64,000 nucleotides of DNA, taken from positions 4,544,001 to 4,608,000 of the forward strand of contig CBDCGL010000011.1 of NCBI GenBank assembly GCA_965216755.1, read 5' to 3'. The stretch's first letter is position 1, and the number at the start of each line of letters is the position of its first letter. A program made the position numbers and the translations under genes. Below the pieces are notes generated by a model, which was not told the origin of the DNA, did not search any database, and was given only the letters and a program-made list of their open reading frames with translations. This DNA is from Alphaproteobacteria bacterium. Lineage in GTDB: Bacteria; Pseudomonadota; Alphaproteobacteria; UBA7887. Below, piece by piece: positions 28,401 through 37,914 of the stretch.

Positions 28401-30749
28401 ATGGAGAGGCCGTGCATGGGAAAACAAGCCAAATTTTGCGCTAAAGATACTGGGCAGAATGTATCGTCCACTATTGATCATTTCGATAACTATGCAAGAA
28501 ATTGTGCACAAGGGATCTTGGTTCATATCGAATTTGTGCCGCTCTATGTGAATTCGGTGGCGGCCTCCATGCTGGGATATGACGATCCCGGCGTCGTGCG
28601 CGCCATGGACACGGTATTGCCGCTCATCAGTCCGGTAACGTTCCGATCGACACAATCCGAATCGACTGGTCGTGCATCTGGCGATCAGCTTCCAGAGCGC
28701 TACCGACTTGAGATTCATCGTGCCGGAGCGCCGTCGCAATTGCTTGAGTGTTTTTCCAGTACCATGATCTGGCACGGCGAGCGCGCCACCGTTACGACAA
28801 TGGTCGATGCCGGTAAGACGGCGGCGGCGGATTCTTCAGGGCATGAGACGGAACAAATTCGGGCTGAGGGCGAAGACCTGCTTCGCGAATTTGTCCGGAC
28901 ATTGCCTGACTGGTATTGGGAAACCGATGTTGATCACCGCTTCGTCGATCGATTTCAATGGCCGTATTGGATTCCCCAGAAAAACTATGGTCGCAAACGC
29001 TGGGAAATCGCAACCGCCGAAGACGTTGGGGCGAACACGGAAAAGTGGCGCGAACATCGAAATGCCCTGAACGACCATCGTCCTTTCAAGGACTTCCGTT
29101 ATCAGTCGCGCAACCAGAACAATGAGGTGATTTGGCTGCGCACAAGTGGACGGCCGGTTTTCGATAGTCAAGGAATTTTCAAAGGCTATCGTGGTTTTGC
29201 GAGCGATATCACCGAAGTGGTTTCGGCGGAGAACCGTGCCCGTACCGCCCGTGAGCAGCTCATGGCGGCAGTCGATGCCTTTGACGCGCCGGTTGTCTTG
29301 TTCGATCCGGACGATTGCGTCGTCCTCTCGAACGAAGCTTACAAAAGAATGTTCGACGATCGCGACGGATCGATCACGCCAGGTCGCCATGTCGAAGATC
29401 TTACGAGGCATCTCATAAACACAAACAGATTTCCCGAAGCGATCGGCTGCGAAGAAGAGTGGTTAGCGGAACGGTTGCAGCGATTTCGGCAAGGCAATCA
29501 GCCGTTCGAAGTACGTCGAGCCAATGGCGATGTTTACTTGGTTCGCGACGTGCGTTTGCCGGACGGCAGCACACTGGTCATTCCGACCAACATCACGGAA
29601 CGGATCAAGGCAGAGCACGCGCTCAATCTCGCCAAGGTCGCGGCGGAACAAGCCAGCCAATCAAAGACGCGTTTTTTGGCAGCCGCCAGTCACGATCTGC
29701 GCCAGCCTTTGCAAGCCCTGACGCTGTATGTGGACATGTTGTCGTCGTATGTGCATGCAGGGAAGGGCGTGAAAGTCATCAGCAACATCCGTGACAATGT
29801 GCGCTCCATGGCTGGCATGCTGGATATGCTGCTGGAGATTTCGGAATTTGATGGGGGCGTCATCAAAACGAACATTGCACCGATTTCCGTGGCAAGTGTG
29901 CTGCACCGGTTGGAACGCGATTTTGCCGTTCAGGCAGGTGCCAGTCGTATAGGTTTCAAAACGGTTGGATGTTCACTTTGGATCGAAAGTGACGCCGAAC
30001 TATTGACGCGAATTCTGGAGAATTTTGCCTCGAATGCCATACGTTACAGCGGTGGTGGGCGTGTCTTGGTGGGATGCCGACGGCATGCGAGAAGTTTGAC
30101 AATCGAGGTTTGGGATACCGGCATTGGTATTCCAGAAGATCAACTGGACGCGATTTTCGAGGAATATCATCAGCTCCATAACCCCGCACGCGACCGCAGC
30201 AAGGGTCTAGGACTGGGGTTGTCGGTTGTGAAGCGTATTGCCAATCTTCTTGGTCACACGATCGAGGTCCGCTCCATTGTTGGCAAAGGATCAATGTTTG
30301 CGGTCTCGGTACCTGTGACCACGCCGCCTTTTGTGGCTAACGTCGAGAAAATCAAATCGGCCCCGGTCCCCGTGGACCTAACCGGAAAACACGTCATCTT
30401 GGCCGAAAACGACGATCGCGTTCGGGATGGGATCCATCAGGTTTTGGCTGCGAATGGCGCCGAGGTTCACAGCTTCTACAATGCCAGCGATGTGGCCGTG
30501 ACGCTGGCAGGGGCGACATGGCATCCGGCTTTGGCGATTGTCGACTATTGGCTTGGCGACGGCGTAACCGGCGCGGCTGTTGTTTGCGCGATCCGGCGGC
30601 AATCGGAGATGGAAGTTCCGGCAATAATAATGACCGGTGATATGGGACCTGGACCCAAACAATCGGCGCGCGAAGCCGATTGCGAGGTTTTGTACAAGCC
30701 CGTTGCCAGAGATACAATTTGTGCGGCAATTTCACGTGCTTTGTCTTAG
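28401..30749 (+). CDS. PAS-domain hybrid sensor histidine kinase/response regulator
   Basis: PAS domains; ASHDLRQP H-box; NFASNAIRY, DTGIG and GLGLGL boxes; C-terminal receiver (VDYWL, MTG, KP). Confidence 0.9.
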   Translation: MERPCMGKQAKFCAKDTGQNVSSTIDHFDNYARNCAQGILVHIEFVPLYVNSVAASMLGYDDPGVVRAMDTVLPLISPVTFRSTQSESTGRASGDQLPERYRLEIHRAGAPSQLLECFSSTMIWHGERATVTTMVDAGKTAAADSSGHETEQIRAEGEDLLREFVRTLPDWYWETDVDHRFVDRFQWPYWIPQKNYGRKRWEIATAEDVGANTEKWREHRNALNDHRPFKDFRYQSRNQNNEVIWLRTSGRPVFDSQGIFKGYRGFASDITEVVSAENRARTAREQLMAAVDAFDAPVVLFDPDDCVVLSNEAYKRMFDDRDGSITPGRHVEDLTRHLINTNRFPEAIGCEEEWLAERLQRFRQGNQPFEVRRANGDVYLVRDVRLPDGSTLVIPTNITERIKAEHALNLAKVAAEQASQSKTRFLAAASHDLRQPLQALTLYVDMLSSYVHAGKGVKVISNIRDNVRSMAGMLDMLLEISEFDGGVIKTNIAPISVASVLHRLERDFAVQAGASRIGFKTVGCSLWIESDAELLTRILENFASNAIRYSGGGRVLVGCRRHARSLTIEVWDTGIGIPEDQLDAIFEEYHQLHNPARDRSKGLGLGLSVVKRIANLLGHTIEVRSIVGKGSMFAVSVPVTTPPFVANVEKIKSAPVPVDLTGKHVILAENDDRVRDGIHQVLAANGAEVHSFYNASDVAVTLAGATWHPALAIVDYWLGDGVTGAAVVCAIRRQSEMEVPAIIMTGDMGPGPKQSAREADCEVLYKPVARDTICAAISRALS

Positions 30750-30923
30750 TAGTACGCGCGTGTGTGGGTCGACTGCGCGATAGCGCGACCAGAAAGGACA
30801 CAGCCAAGTTCTTGGTAGAATGCCTGCCGACCCTGAGCGTATGGTTCCGCTATTGGAGCTATCTGTTTCGAGCTTGGTAGCGTCGGGGGTCGCCGGTTGC
30901 GTCAGCCTAATGCCAACTGCGCG

Positions 30924-31151
30924 CGGATCGAGATCGATCCGCTGGCGCGTTGGTTGGCCGACGACGTGGATCAGGATTTGGCCGCGCGCCAACCGCCTCG
31001 GCGTTCCCTGATGGCCGCGGGCTTCCCGTCGATTGGTTGCACCCCGCGCACGGCCCCAACTGGCGACGCAGCGCGCCCGCGTGGCGGCCGCTGGCCGCGC
31101 TTCGAGAACACCGAATGCGGCATTCACGGTGCCTTGGCGCTCACCAAATAA
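30924..31151 (+). pseudogene. cysH: Orphan, diverged copy of the cysH 3' end
   Basis: 30924-31127 aligns gap-free with 27664-27867 (38 mismatches in 204 nt by hand count); CAPC has become CTPR; no 5' part. Confidence 0.85.
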
Positions 31152-31169
31152 CCGATGGCCAAAGCGCGA

Positions 31170-31991
31170 TTACTCCGCTGCCACAAACACCTCCGGCGTG
31201 ATCGTTACCGCCAGCACTTCGGCGGCAGGCGGATAATAGTAGCCGTCGTCGATCGGCTCGACGGGTTCGGATTCAGCTGGGCCGGTATCTTGGCCGCGTT
31301 GGAACATGCCGGCATCCGGCCCAAAGCCACCTTCCTGATTGACCTCGGTACCCGCGTCCCAAAGCACGATTCGCTTCGACACATCGCCCGAAATCGGCCG
31401 GCCATCCGCATCGAACAGATCGAGGCCGCCGCCGGCCGGCGCATAGATGGCGTCGTTCGACTGCATCAACATGGTCGCGAATGACAGCTTGTCACCGGGA
31501 TCCGCGGTAACGCGGAACTCATAGGCTTTGCCCGGCCACAATTCCTCGTCTTTGATGGCGCCGACGGGCATGTAAAAGATGCCGCCTTCCAAAACATCTG
31601 GATGCTGGAACAAGTAATATTGCAGCGGCCGCACATTGCCGTCTTCGGCCAATTCTTCCAGGCCGGACCCGGCCACGGCTTCGGTGCCCGGTTCAAACAG
31701 CGGCGCGCCCTGGCGGTAGACGGCGTAGTTCCCGTGTGACATGCCGGCCGCCCACGTGCGATCGTGCCCCGATGCCATGGCATCCGGCGGTGATATGTTT
31801 TCGATCCGAATCTTGAATGTCGTTCGTCCCAACCGCATGCGCCAGACATCGGGAACGCGGGTTACGGCTTGGCCCTGCGCCAAACGTTCTGTGGCGCCGA
31901 CCACGGGTTTTTGCAAGGGCATGGCCTGGCCGGCCAGCGATCCGACCAGTAGCCCAATCGCGGTCAGCACGATCGTTCGATGATACGACAA
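31170..31991 (-). CDS. Second secreted spondin domain protein
   Basis: GGAGG RBS before TTG; signal peptide; LEELAEDG, SFATMLMQSNDAIY and LWDAGTEVNQ. Confidence 0.75.
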   Translation of the reverse strand: MSYHRTIVLTAIGLLVGSLAGQAMPLQKPVVGATERLAQGQAVTRVPDVWRMRLGRTTFKIRIENISPPDAMASGHDRTWAAGMSHGNYAVYRQGAPLFEPGTEAVAGSGLEELAEDGNVRPLQYYLFQHPDVLEGGIFYMPVGAIKDEELWPGKAYEFRVTADPGDKLSFATMLMQSNDAIYAPAGGGLDLFDADGRPISGDVSKRIVLWDAGTEVNQEGGFGPDAGMFQRGQDTGPAESEPVEPIDDGYYYPPAAEVLAVTITPEVFVAAE

Positions 31992-32230
31992 AATTTCACC
32001 TCCTACCTCACCACGAGGTCCGCAAAGCTGTAATTTGCCCGACATCGCCGGACTGATACCTGGATTAGAAGATATCGGGTTCGCCCCGCGCCGCGTGCTC
32101 ACTTATCTTCATAATGATGTGTTGTGTCTGAGCGGCCGTGGTTGACGATGTAGTCAACTGACGCGCAAAAAGGCGCTGCGTGTGGTCGATCGACCGACAG
32201 GGTGCCGAAATCCCGATCATTGGGGCGTGG

Positions 32231-32965
32231 ATGTTTCAAGGCTTGATTGCATTTGGCCGAACTGTTTTTTCGTCCTTGCGCGATTTGGCGCCGATCATCG
32301 CCGTTGTGGCGTTCTTTCAGATTGTGATTTTGCGCCAGCCGTTTCCAAATCCCGAACAGCTGGTCGGCGGCCTGATTCTGGTGATGCTTGGGCTGGCGTT
32401 CTTTATCCGCGGGCTTGAGATTGGGTTGTTTCCGATAGGCGAGTCGGTTGCCGGTGCGTTTGCGCGCAAGGGCAGCGTGTTTTGGCTCTTGATCTTTGCT
32501 TTTGCCCTTGGCTTCGGCACGACGGCCGCGGAGCCCGCGCTTATCGCGGTTGCCGACGAGGCCGCGCGCGCCGCCGCAGCCGCCGCCTTGATCGCGTCCG
32601 AGCCGGATGCTTTGTTCGCCTACGCACTGGAACTGCGCATGACCGTCGCGGTCTCGGTCGGGTTTGCCCTGGTGATTGGCGTTTTGCGCATTTTGAAAGG
32701 GTGGCCAATCCAATATTTCATTATCGGCGGTTATTTGGCCGTGGTTCTGATTACGTTTGCGGCACCGGAAGACATTGTTGGCATTGCTTACGATTCAGGT
32801 GGCGTCACCACGTCGACCGTGACCGTGCCGCTGGTCACCGCACTAGGGGTCGGGCTGTCGACCGTCATTCGTGGTCGTAATCCGCTGATCGATGGCTTTG
32901 GGTTGATCGCGTTCGCCAGCCTGGCGCCGATGATTTTTGTGCTCACATTTGGAATCGTGCGGTGA
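32231..32965 (+). CDS. DUF1538 family membrane protein
   Basis: [30 protein letters not shown] and DGFGLIA. Confidence 0.88.
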   Translation: MFQGLIAFGRTVFSSLRDLAPIIAVVAFFQIVILRQPFPNPEQLVGGLILVMLGLAFFIRGLEIGLFPIGESVAGAFARKGSVFWLLIFAFALGFGTTAAEPALIAVADEAARAAAAAALIASEPDALFAYALELRMTVAVSVGFALVIGVLRILKGWPIQYFIIGGYLAVVLITFAAPEDIVGIAYDSGGVTTSTVTVPLVTALGVGLSTVIRGRNPLIDGFGLIAFASLAPMIFVLTFGIVR

Positions 32966-32972
32966 TCGCCAG

Positions 32973-33758
32973 ATGACCGAGACCTTTGTCGCTGTCGGTG
33001 TCGCGCTTTTGGCCACAATTCGAGATGTGGCGCCGATCGTATTGATACTTATCGGTTTTCAAGTGTTCGTGTTGCGCCGCCCAATCCCCAATTTGGGGCG
33101 CGCGATCGTCGGATTTGTCTATGTCGTGATTGGATTGGCACTGTTTCTGGTCGGGCTGGAAGAAGCGTTGTTTCCGCTCGGCAAGGCCATGGCGGAGCAA
33201 TTGACGGCACCGGAGGTGATTGGCGCTGGATCCGCCGACGATGCCGACTGGTCACGCTATGTGTTGGTTTATGCATTCGCCGCCGCCATCGGATTCTCGA
33301 CCACCGTCGCAGAGCCGGCGTTGATCGCGGTGGCCATGAAGGCCAGCGAAGTATCTGGCGGTGGCCTGCGGGCATGGAACCTGCGAATCGCGGTGGCCTG
33401 TGGTGTCGCGATTGGGGTTGCCTTTGGAACACTGCGCATTGTCAATGGCTTGCCGTTGCATTATTGCATCATCGTTGGTTATGCGATCGTCATCATTCAA
33501 ACAGCCTTTGCGCCACGCGCCATCATTCCGTTGGCCTACGACTCAGGTGGCGTGACCACGTCAACGGTGACGGTCCCGTTGGTTACGGCTTTGGGCTTGG
33601 GATTGGCGATGAATATTCCTGGGCGCAGTCCGCTGATTGATGGATTTGGATTGGTTTCGCTCGCGAGCTTGTTTCCGATGATCACGGTTATGGGCTACGC
33701 GCAAATCGCGGCATGGTGGGAGCGCCGTCAGGCGCAAAAAGCTGATGAGGTCCTTTAA
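32973..33758 (+). CDS. DUF1538 family membrane protein (paralog)
   Basis: Same [20 protein letters not shown] and DGFGL motifs. Confidence 0.88.
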   Translation: MTETFVAVGVALLATIRDVAPIVLILIGFQVFVLRRPIPNLGRAIVGFVYVVIGLALFLVGLEEALFPLGKAMAEQLTAPEVIGAGSADDADWSRYVLVYAFAAAIGFSTTVAEPALIAVAMKASEVSGGGLRAWNLRIAVACGVAIGVAFGTLRIVNGLPLHYCIIVGYAIVIIQTAFAPRAIIPLAYDSGGVTTSTVTVPLVTALGLGLAMNIPGRSPLIDGFGLVSLASLFPMITVMGYAQIAAWWERRQAQKADEVL

Positions 33759-34109
33759 ATGAAGTTCAAACTGATCGTGGTCTTGGTCCAGGATGAACAG
33801 ACCGAGACCGTTCTCAAGACGGCGCGGGAGCAGGGGGCAACCGGCTGCACGGTGATAACGAATGCACGCGGTGAGGGCCTTCACCCTCGCAAAACGTTCC
33901 TTGGCCTGACCCTGGAGGGTCAACGCGATATGATCTTGCTGCTGGTCGAAGAGCATTTGAGCCGCGATATCTTGGAGGCTCTCGAAAAGGCCGCCGAACT
34001 CGACGAACGGCCCGGCAGCGGCATTGCTTTTCAAATCGATATCGAGGATGCGGTCGGACTGTCATCCCAGTTCCAGAGCATTGCACACGAAATAGAAGAC
34101 CAGCTATGA
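33759..34109 (+). CDS. PII-like signal transduction protein
   Basis: FKLIVVLV...GATGCTVITNARGEG...GSGIAF PII-fold pattern. Confidence 0.8.
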   Translation: MKFKLIVVLVQDEQTETVLKTAREQGATGCTVITNARGEGLHPRKTFLGLTLEGQRDMILLLVEEHLSRDILEALEKAAELDERPGSGIAFQIDIEDAVGLSSQFQSIAHEIEDQL

Positions 34110-34534
34110 GCAATACCACGCATGTACCCGTGCGCGATGTCATGACGCCGGGTCCGAAAACGATCAATGGCCTGGCCACTATTCGCGAGGCCGTGCAAAC
34201 TATGCGCGACCAAGACGTCAACTCGCTGATCATCGATCGACGTCACGAGCATGACGAATACGGCGTCGTCACGATTTCCGACATAGCGGAAAAGGTGGTC
34301 ACGCCGCGACGGTCTTATGACCGCACCAATGTCTACGAAGTGATGTCAAAACCGGTCATGACTGTGCATGGCGATATGCATATTCGCTACGCCATACGGC
34401 TCTTGTCCCGATTTGGTTTGTCGCGCGCGCTGGTTGCTGACAAGACCGGTCCGATTGGGATTATCAAACTGCGCGATATGGTCCACCGCATGGTCCTTGA
34501 TACAGCCGACGGGGGCGAAGAAAGCCAGACCTAA
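34106..34534 (+). CDS. CBS domain protein
   Basis: VRDVMT, YGVVTISDI and VYEVMSKPV tandem CBS motifs; ATGA-coupled to the PII gene. Confidence 0.85.
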   Translation: MSNTTHVPVRDVMTPGPKTINGLATIREAVQTMRDQDVNSLIIDRRHEHDEYGVVTISDIAEKVVTPRRSYDRTNVYEVMSKPVMTVHGDMHIRYAIRLLSRFGLSRALVADKTGPIGIIKLRDMVHRMVLDTADGGEESQT

Positions 34535-34601
34535 TTAGGGCGCCGGCTCGCCGTGGTCGCGAGCCCGCACCCCGCAAAAATATTAATAGCTGGCGCAGAT
34601 T

Positions 34602-34708
34602 CTAGAGCATTTCACGCTCGCTCACGATCGTGTGTCATGCTCTATCTATCTGATATCGACCAACTTATCTTCGTTCAAACGGAATCGTTTGAACGAAGGT
34701 TGATCTAG
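34602..34708. repeat. Short palindromic intergenic element (RIME/REP-like)
   Basis: Bounded by CTAG at both ends; arm pair TAGAGCAT...ATGCTCTA and hairpin CTTCGTTCAAACG-GAAT-CGTTTGAACGAAG; lies between convergent genes. Confidence 0.6.
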
Positions 34709-35112
34709 TAGGTGATCACCGGGTCAATTTCCTTGGCTTGTGCGACCCATTTTTCAACTTCGCTGGCCGAAGGGTTGCGCCGGGCAAGTTTCTTTTCGCC
34801 ATTCACTTCGGCCATCTTGGCCGTTAGATTCTCAGGGTTGCGGTGACGCAGCTCCTTGACAGTATCGACGCCCGCGGCTTCCAGCAGTTCCGAGTATTCT
34901 TCACCGACCCCCGAAATGCGCATCAGGTCGGCCATGTTCGTCCATTTCAACAGGACCTTGGTGGAAAAGCCTGTTTTCTCCGCGACCGTATCGCGACCTT
35001 TCGGCGTGCAGCATTGCTGCAATAGATCGTCAGTGGTCTTGATATCAGCGGCGGCAAGTTTCTCCGTGTAAGCGGGCCCAATGCCCTCAATCTCGTCGAT
35101 CTTGTAGCCCAT
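34705..35112 (-). CDS. DUF4332 domain protein
   Basis: IDEIEGIGP, ADLMRISGVGEEYSELLEAAGVDTVKEL and RNPENL. Confidence 0.85.
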   Translation of the reverse strand: MGYKIDEIEGIGPAYTEKLAAADIKTTDDLLQQCCTPKGRDTVAEKTGFSTKVLLKWTNMADLMRISGVGEEYSELLEAAGVDTVKELRHRNPENLTAKMAEVNGEKKLARRNPSASEVEKWVAQAKEIDPVITY

Positions 35113-35372
35113 CGTACGGCACCCCGTGGTTGTTCGGTCGTTGCGCGTGCCACTATTGCCCAGCTTGCTCGTGGGGTCCAGACGCCCGCATGATCCGAAC
35201 CATCTTCTTGGTCATTCAAGGCCGGAAGTGTCACTGGATTGATCAGCGATCGGATTGGGCGATCCGTGCAGCCGCTAGCCCCGAAAAAATAAGGAGTTGC
35301 AATTCACTCTGAATTGCGATGAGAATGTGTCGCATTCGCGTGACGACTGTCAGTGCTTTGGGAGGTTGCAGA

Positions 35373-36602
35373 GTGGCGCAAGAACTGAGCGGGACGATCG
35401 CGTTTTGCGCGGCGATGATGCTGGCGGTGCCGGCATCTGGGCAGGATGCGCTGCCGACCCGCGAAGAGATGTGGGCGATCATTCAACAACAGCAGGCCGA
35501 GATCGAGCGCCTGAAGGAAAGGCTGGACATCACCGACGAGAAAGTCGAAGCGGCGGGCGAGATGATCGCGGAAGCGGGCGCCTCATCCGACGGCGGCCAG
35601 CCGGGTTGGTGGGAGCGCACCAGCCTCGGCGGCTATGGCGAACTTCACTACAATGGTGGCGATGTCGACGAATTGGATTTGCATCGATTCGTGCTGTTTC
35701 TGGGGCACGAATTCAACGACCGCTTTCGCCTCGCCACCGAAATCGAAATCGAACACGCTTTGGCCGGAGATGGCGCGCCGGGCGAGGTTGAAATTGAGCA
35801 GGCATTCATCGAATACGACATCAACGCGAACTTCGTGACACGCGCGGGTGTGTTTCTTATCCCCGCTGGCATTTTGAATGAAACGCACGAACCGCCGACA
35901 TTTTTTGGCGTTGAGCGCAATCGCGTCGAGTCGGAAATCATCCCGACAACCTGGTGGGAGGCCGGTGCCGGCCTGACCGGGCGATTTGGTACTGGTCTGA
36001 GCTTCGACGTTGCAGCGACCGGTGGTCTCAACACGCCGATCACGGGCGGCAGTGCTTTCCGAATTCGTAGTGGCAGGCAAAAGGTGGCTGAATCGATCGC
36101 CAAGGATCCGGCCCTGACCGGCCGCCTGCGATGGACCGGCATTCCCGGCGTTGAACTCGGCGTGACCGGGCAATGGCAGTCGGATATCACCCAAAGCCAG
36201 TTGGGCATCTCGGCGGCTTTGGTGGAGGCCCATGCCGACATCCTGATCGATGGCTGGGGCTTGCGTGCGCTTTACGCGCGGTGGAAGTTGGAGGACGGCG
36301 CGCCAGGCACTGGCCCCGCCGCGCTCGGGCGAGACGTTCAATATGGCTGGTATGTCGAGCCGTCATATCGCTTTCCGGTGGCCTCGTGGGGCCAATTGGG
36401 CGTGTTTGCGCGCTATAGCCAGCTTGACAATTTCGCCGGCAACAGTGTTAGCACCAGGGTCAGCCAGTTCGATATTGGCGTCAATTATTGGCCGATCCCG
36501 GATATCGTTCTGAAAGCGGATTTTCAGTGGGCGAAACGACCGGCCGCGATCGCCGCTGACGACGACAATCGGTTGAACGTCGGTATCGGATGGCAATTCT
36601 GA
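35373..36602 (+). CDS. Outer-membrane porin-like beta-barrel with an N-terminal coiled coil
   Basis: Signal peptide; QQQAEIERLK; GGYGELHYN, HRFVL, EIEQAFIEY, HEPPTFFGVERN; terminal Phe. Confidence 0.8.
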   Translation: MAQELSGTIAFCAAMMLAVPASGQDALPTREEMWAIIQQQQAEIERLKERLDITDEKVEAAGEMIAEAGASSDGGQPGWWERTSLGGYGELHYNGGDVDELDLHRFVLFLGHEFNDRFRLATEIEIEHALAGDGAPGEVEIEQAFIEYDINANFVTRAGVFLIPAGILNETHEPPTFFGVERNRVESEIIPTTWWEAGAGLTGRFGTGLSFDVAATGGLNTPITGGSAFRIRSGRQKVAESIAKDPALTGRLRWTGIPGVELGVTGQWQSDITQSQLGISAALVEAHADILIDGWGLRALYARWKLEDGAPGTGPAALGRDVQYGWYVEPSYRFPVASWGQLGVFARYSQLDNFAGNSVSTRVSQFDIGVNYWPIPDIVLKADFQWAKRPAAIAADDDNRLNVGIGWQF

Positions 36603-37135
36603 TGCGAGCCGTGGCGAGCCGATGGCTCTGGCTTATCTGGCTCGCCGCACTATACCTGGCGCCGGTGGCGTATGGCGAGGAGGTGTATTTAGCGCCCGAG
36701 TTGTTTCTATCGGAAAGCTTCGATGGCGACGTGCCTGACCCCGAGGTCATTTGGGTAACCAAGAGCCTTAAGGGTGATGTCGCCGACATTCGTGGTCATA
36801 GTGGCGGGCCGCGGCGCATTCGCTATTGGGCCTCTGGCCGACGGAGTGCGTGGATACTCGAAGAGATCGGCAAGGTTGAGCCAATCACCACTGGAATCGT
36901 GGTTGATAACGATGCGATTGTGCGCGTGGCGGTACTCATTTACCGGGAGAGCCGTGGATGGGAAGTGCGGCATCCGTTTTTCACCGACCAGTTTATCGGC
37001 GCGCGCCTTGTGGAAGACCGGCGTCTCGATCGACGCGTTGACGGCATTTCCGGGGCAACCTTGTCTGTTGATGCGTTGACCCGTTTGGCCCGGTTGGCAC
37101 TCTATTTGGACAGTCGGGCGAGCGAACAGAGATGA
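36602..37135 (+). CDS. Periplasmic FMN-binding (flavinylation-motif) protein
   Basis: Signal peptide; YRESRGWEV; VDGISGATLS flavinylation motif. Confidence 0.8.
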   Translation: MRAVASRWLWLIWLAALYLAPVAYGEEVYLAPELFLSESFDGDVPDPEVIWVTKSLKGDVADIRGHSGGPRRIRYWASGRRSAWILEEIGKVEPITTGIVVDNDAIVRVAVLIYRESRGWEVRHPFFTDQFIGARLVEDRRLDRRVDGISGATLSVDALTRLARLALYLDSRASEQR

Positions 37136-37142
37136 GTATCCG

Positions 37143-37886
37143 ATGAGCCGTAGATCCGCGCGCTATCGGCGCGCGGTTTATGTGTGGCACCGGCGGCTTG
37201 GCCTGTGCGCGGCCGCCGTGTTGCTGGTCGTTGCAGTGACGGGTGTGATCTTGAATCACAGCGACCGACTGGGCTTGGCTACACAAACAGTCAGTTGGTC
37301 GCATCTGTTCACGGTCTACGGTATGACCGATGGCGGGCCGACCATAAGTTATCACCTTGATTCAACATGGTTAACTTGGCACGACCAGGCACTTTATATC
37401 GACGGTCGACCGTTGAGTATTCGCCTGAATGACCCAACCGGCGCCGTGGCCACGGCAGATTTTTTCGTTGTCTCGGGCGACAAAGAACTGCTCTTGTTGG
37501 ACCCCGATGGCGTTCTGATCGAAAGGATTTCGGGCGCTGGGCTACCGACTCTGCCGAGCCGCCTTGGTCTTGCCGTTGGCGGCGAGGTCGCGCTCTCCGA
37601 CGGTGGGACCACATATCTTGCCGATGCAGATCTTTTGACTTGGCGTCGTTGGCCGAATGCCGACGTCGTGTGGAGTACGTCAAAAGCTGCGCCTGACACG
37701 TTGGCGGATGCGGTTGCCAAGCATCGCTACGGCGATGGTTTGAGCTGGGAGCGCGTTTTGCTTGATTTGCACAGCGGTCGCTTGTTTGGGTCGCTGGGGC
37801 CCTATGTTGTCGATGCGGCCGGACTTGGAATCGTGATTCTTATCGTGACCGGCGCTTACAACTGGTTCGTGCGGCGCGGGCGATGA
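37143..37886 (+). CDS. PepSY-associated TM helix domain protein
   Basis: WHRRLG...VTGVILNH and LDLHSGR...TG motifs. Confidence 0.8.
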   Translation: MSRRSARYRRAVYVWHRRLGLCAAAVLLVVAVTGVILNHSDRLGLATQTVSWSHLFTVYGMTDGGPTISYHLDSTWLTWHDQALYIDGRPLSIRLNDPTGAVATADFFVVSGDKELLLLDPDGVLIERISGAGLPTLPSRLGLAVGGEVALSDGGTTYLADADLLTWRRWPNADVVWSTSKAAPDTLADAVAKHRYGDGLSWERVLLDLHSGRLFGSLGPYVVDAAGLGIVILIVTGAYNWFVRRGR

Positions 37887-37914
37887 GCGGTGCAAGTAAA
37901 AGCGCGCTCGAAAA

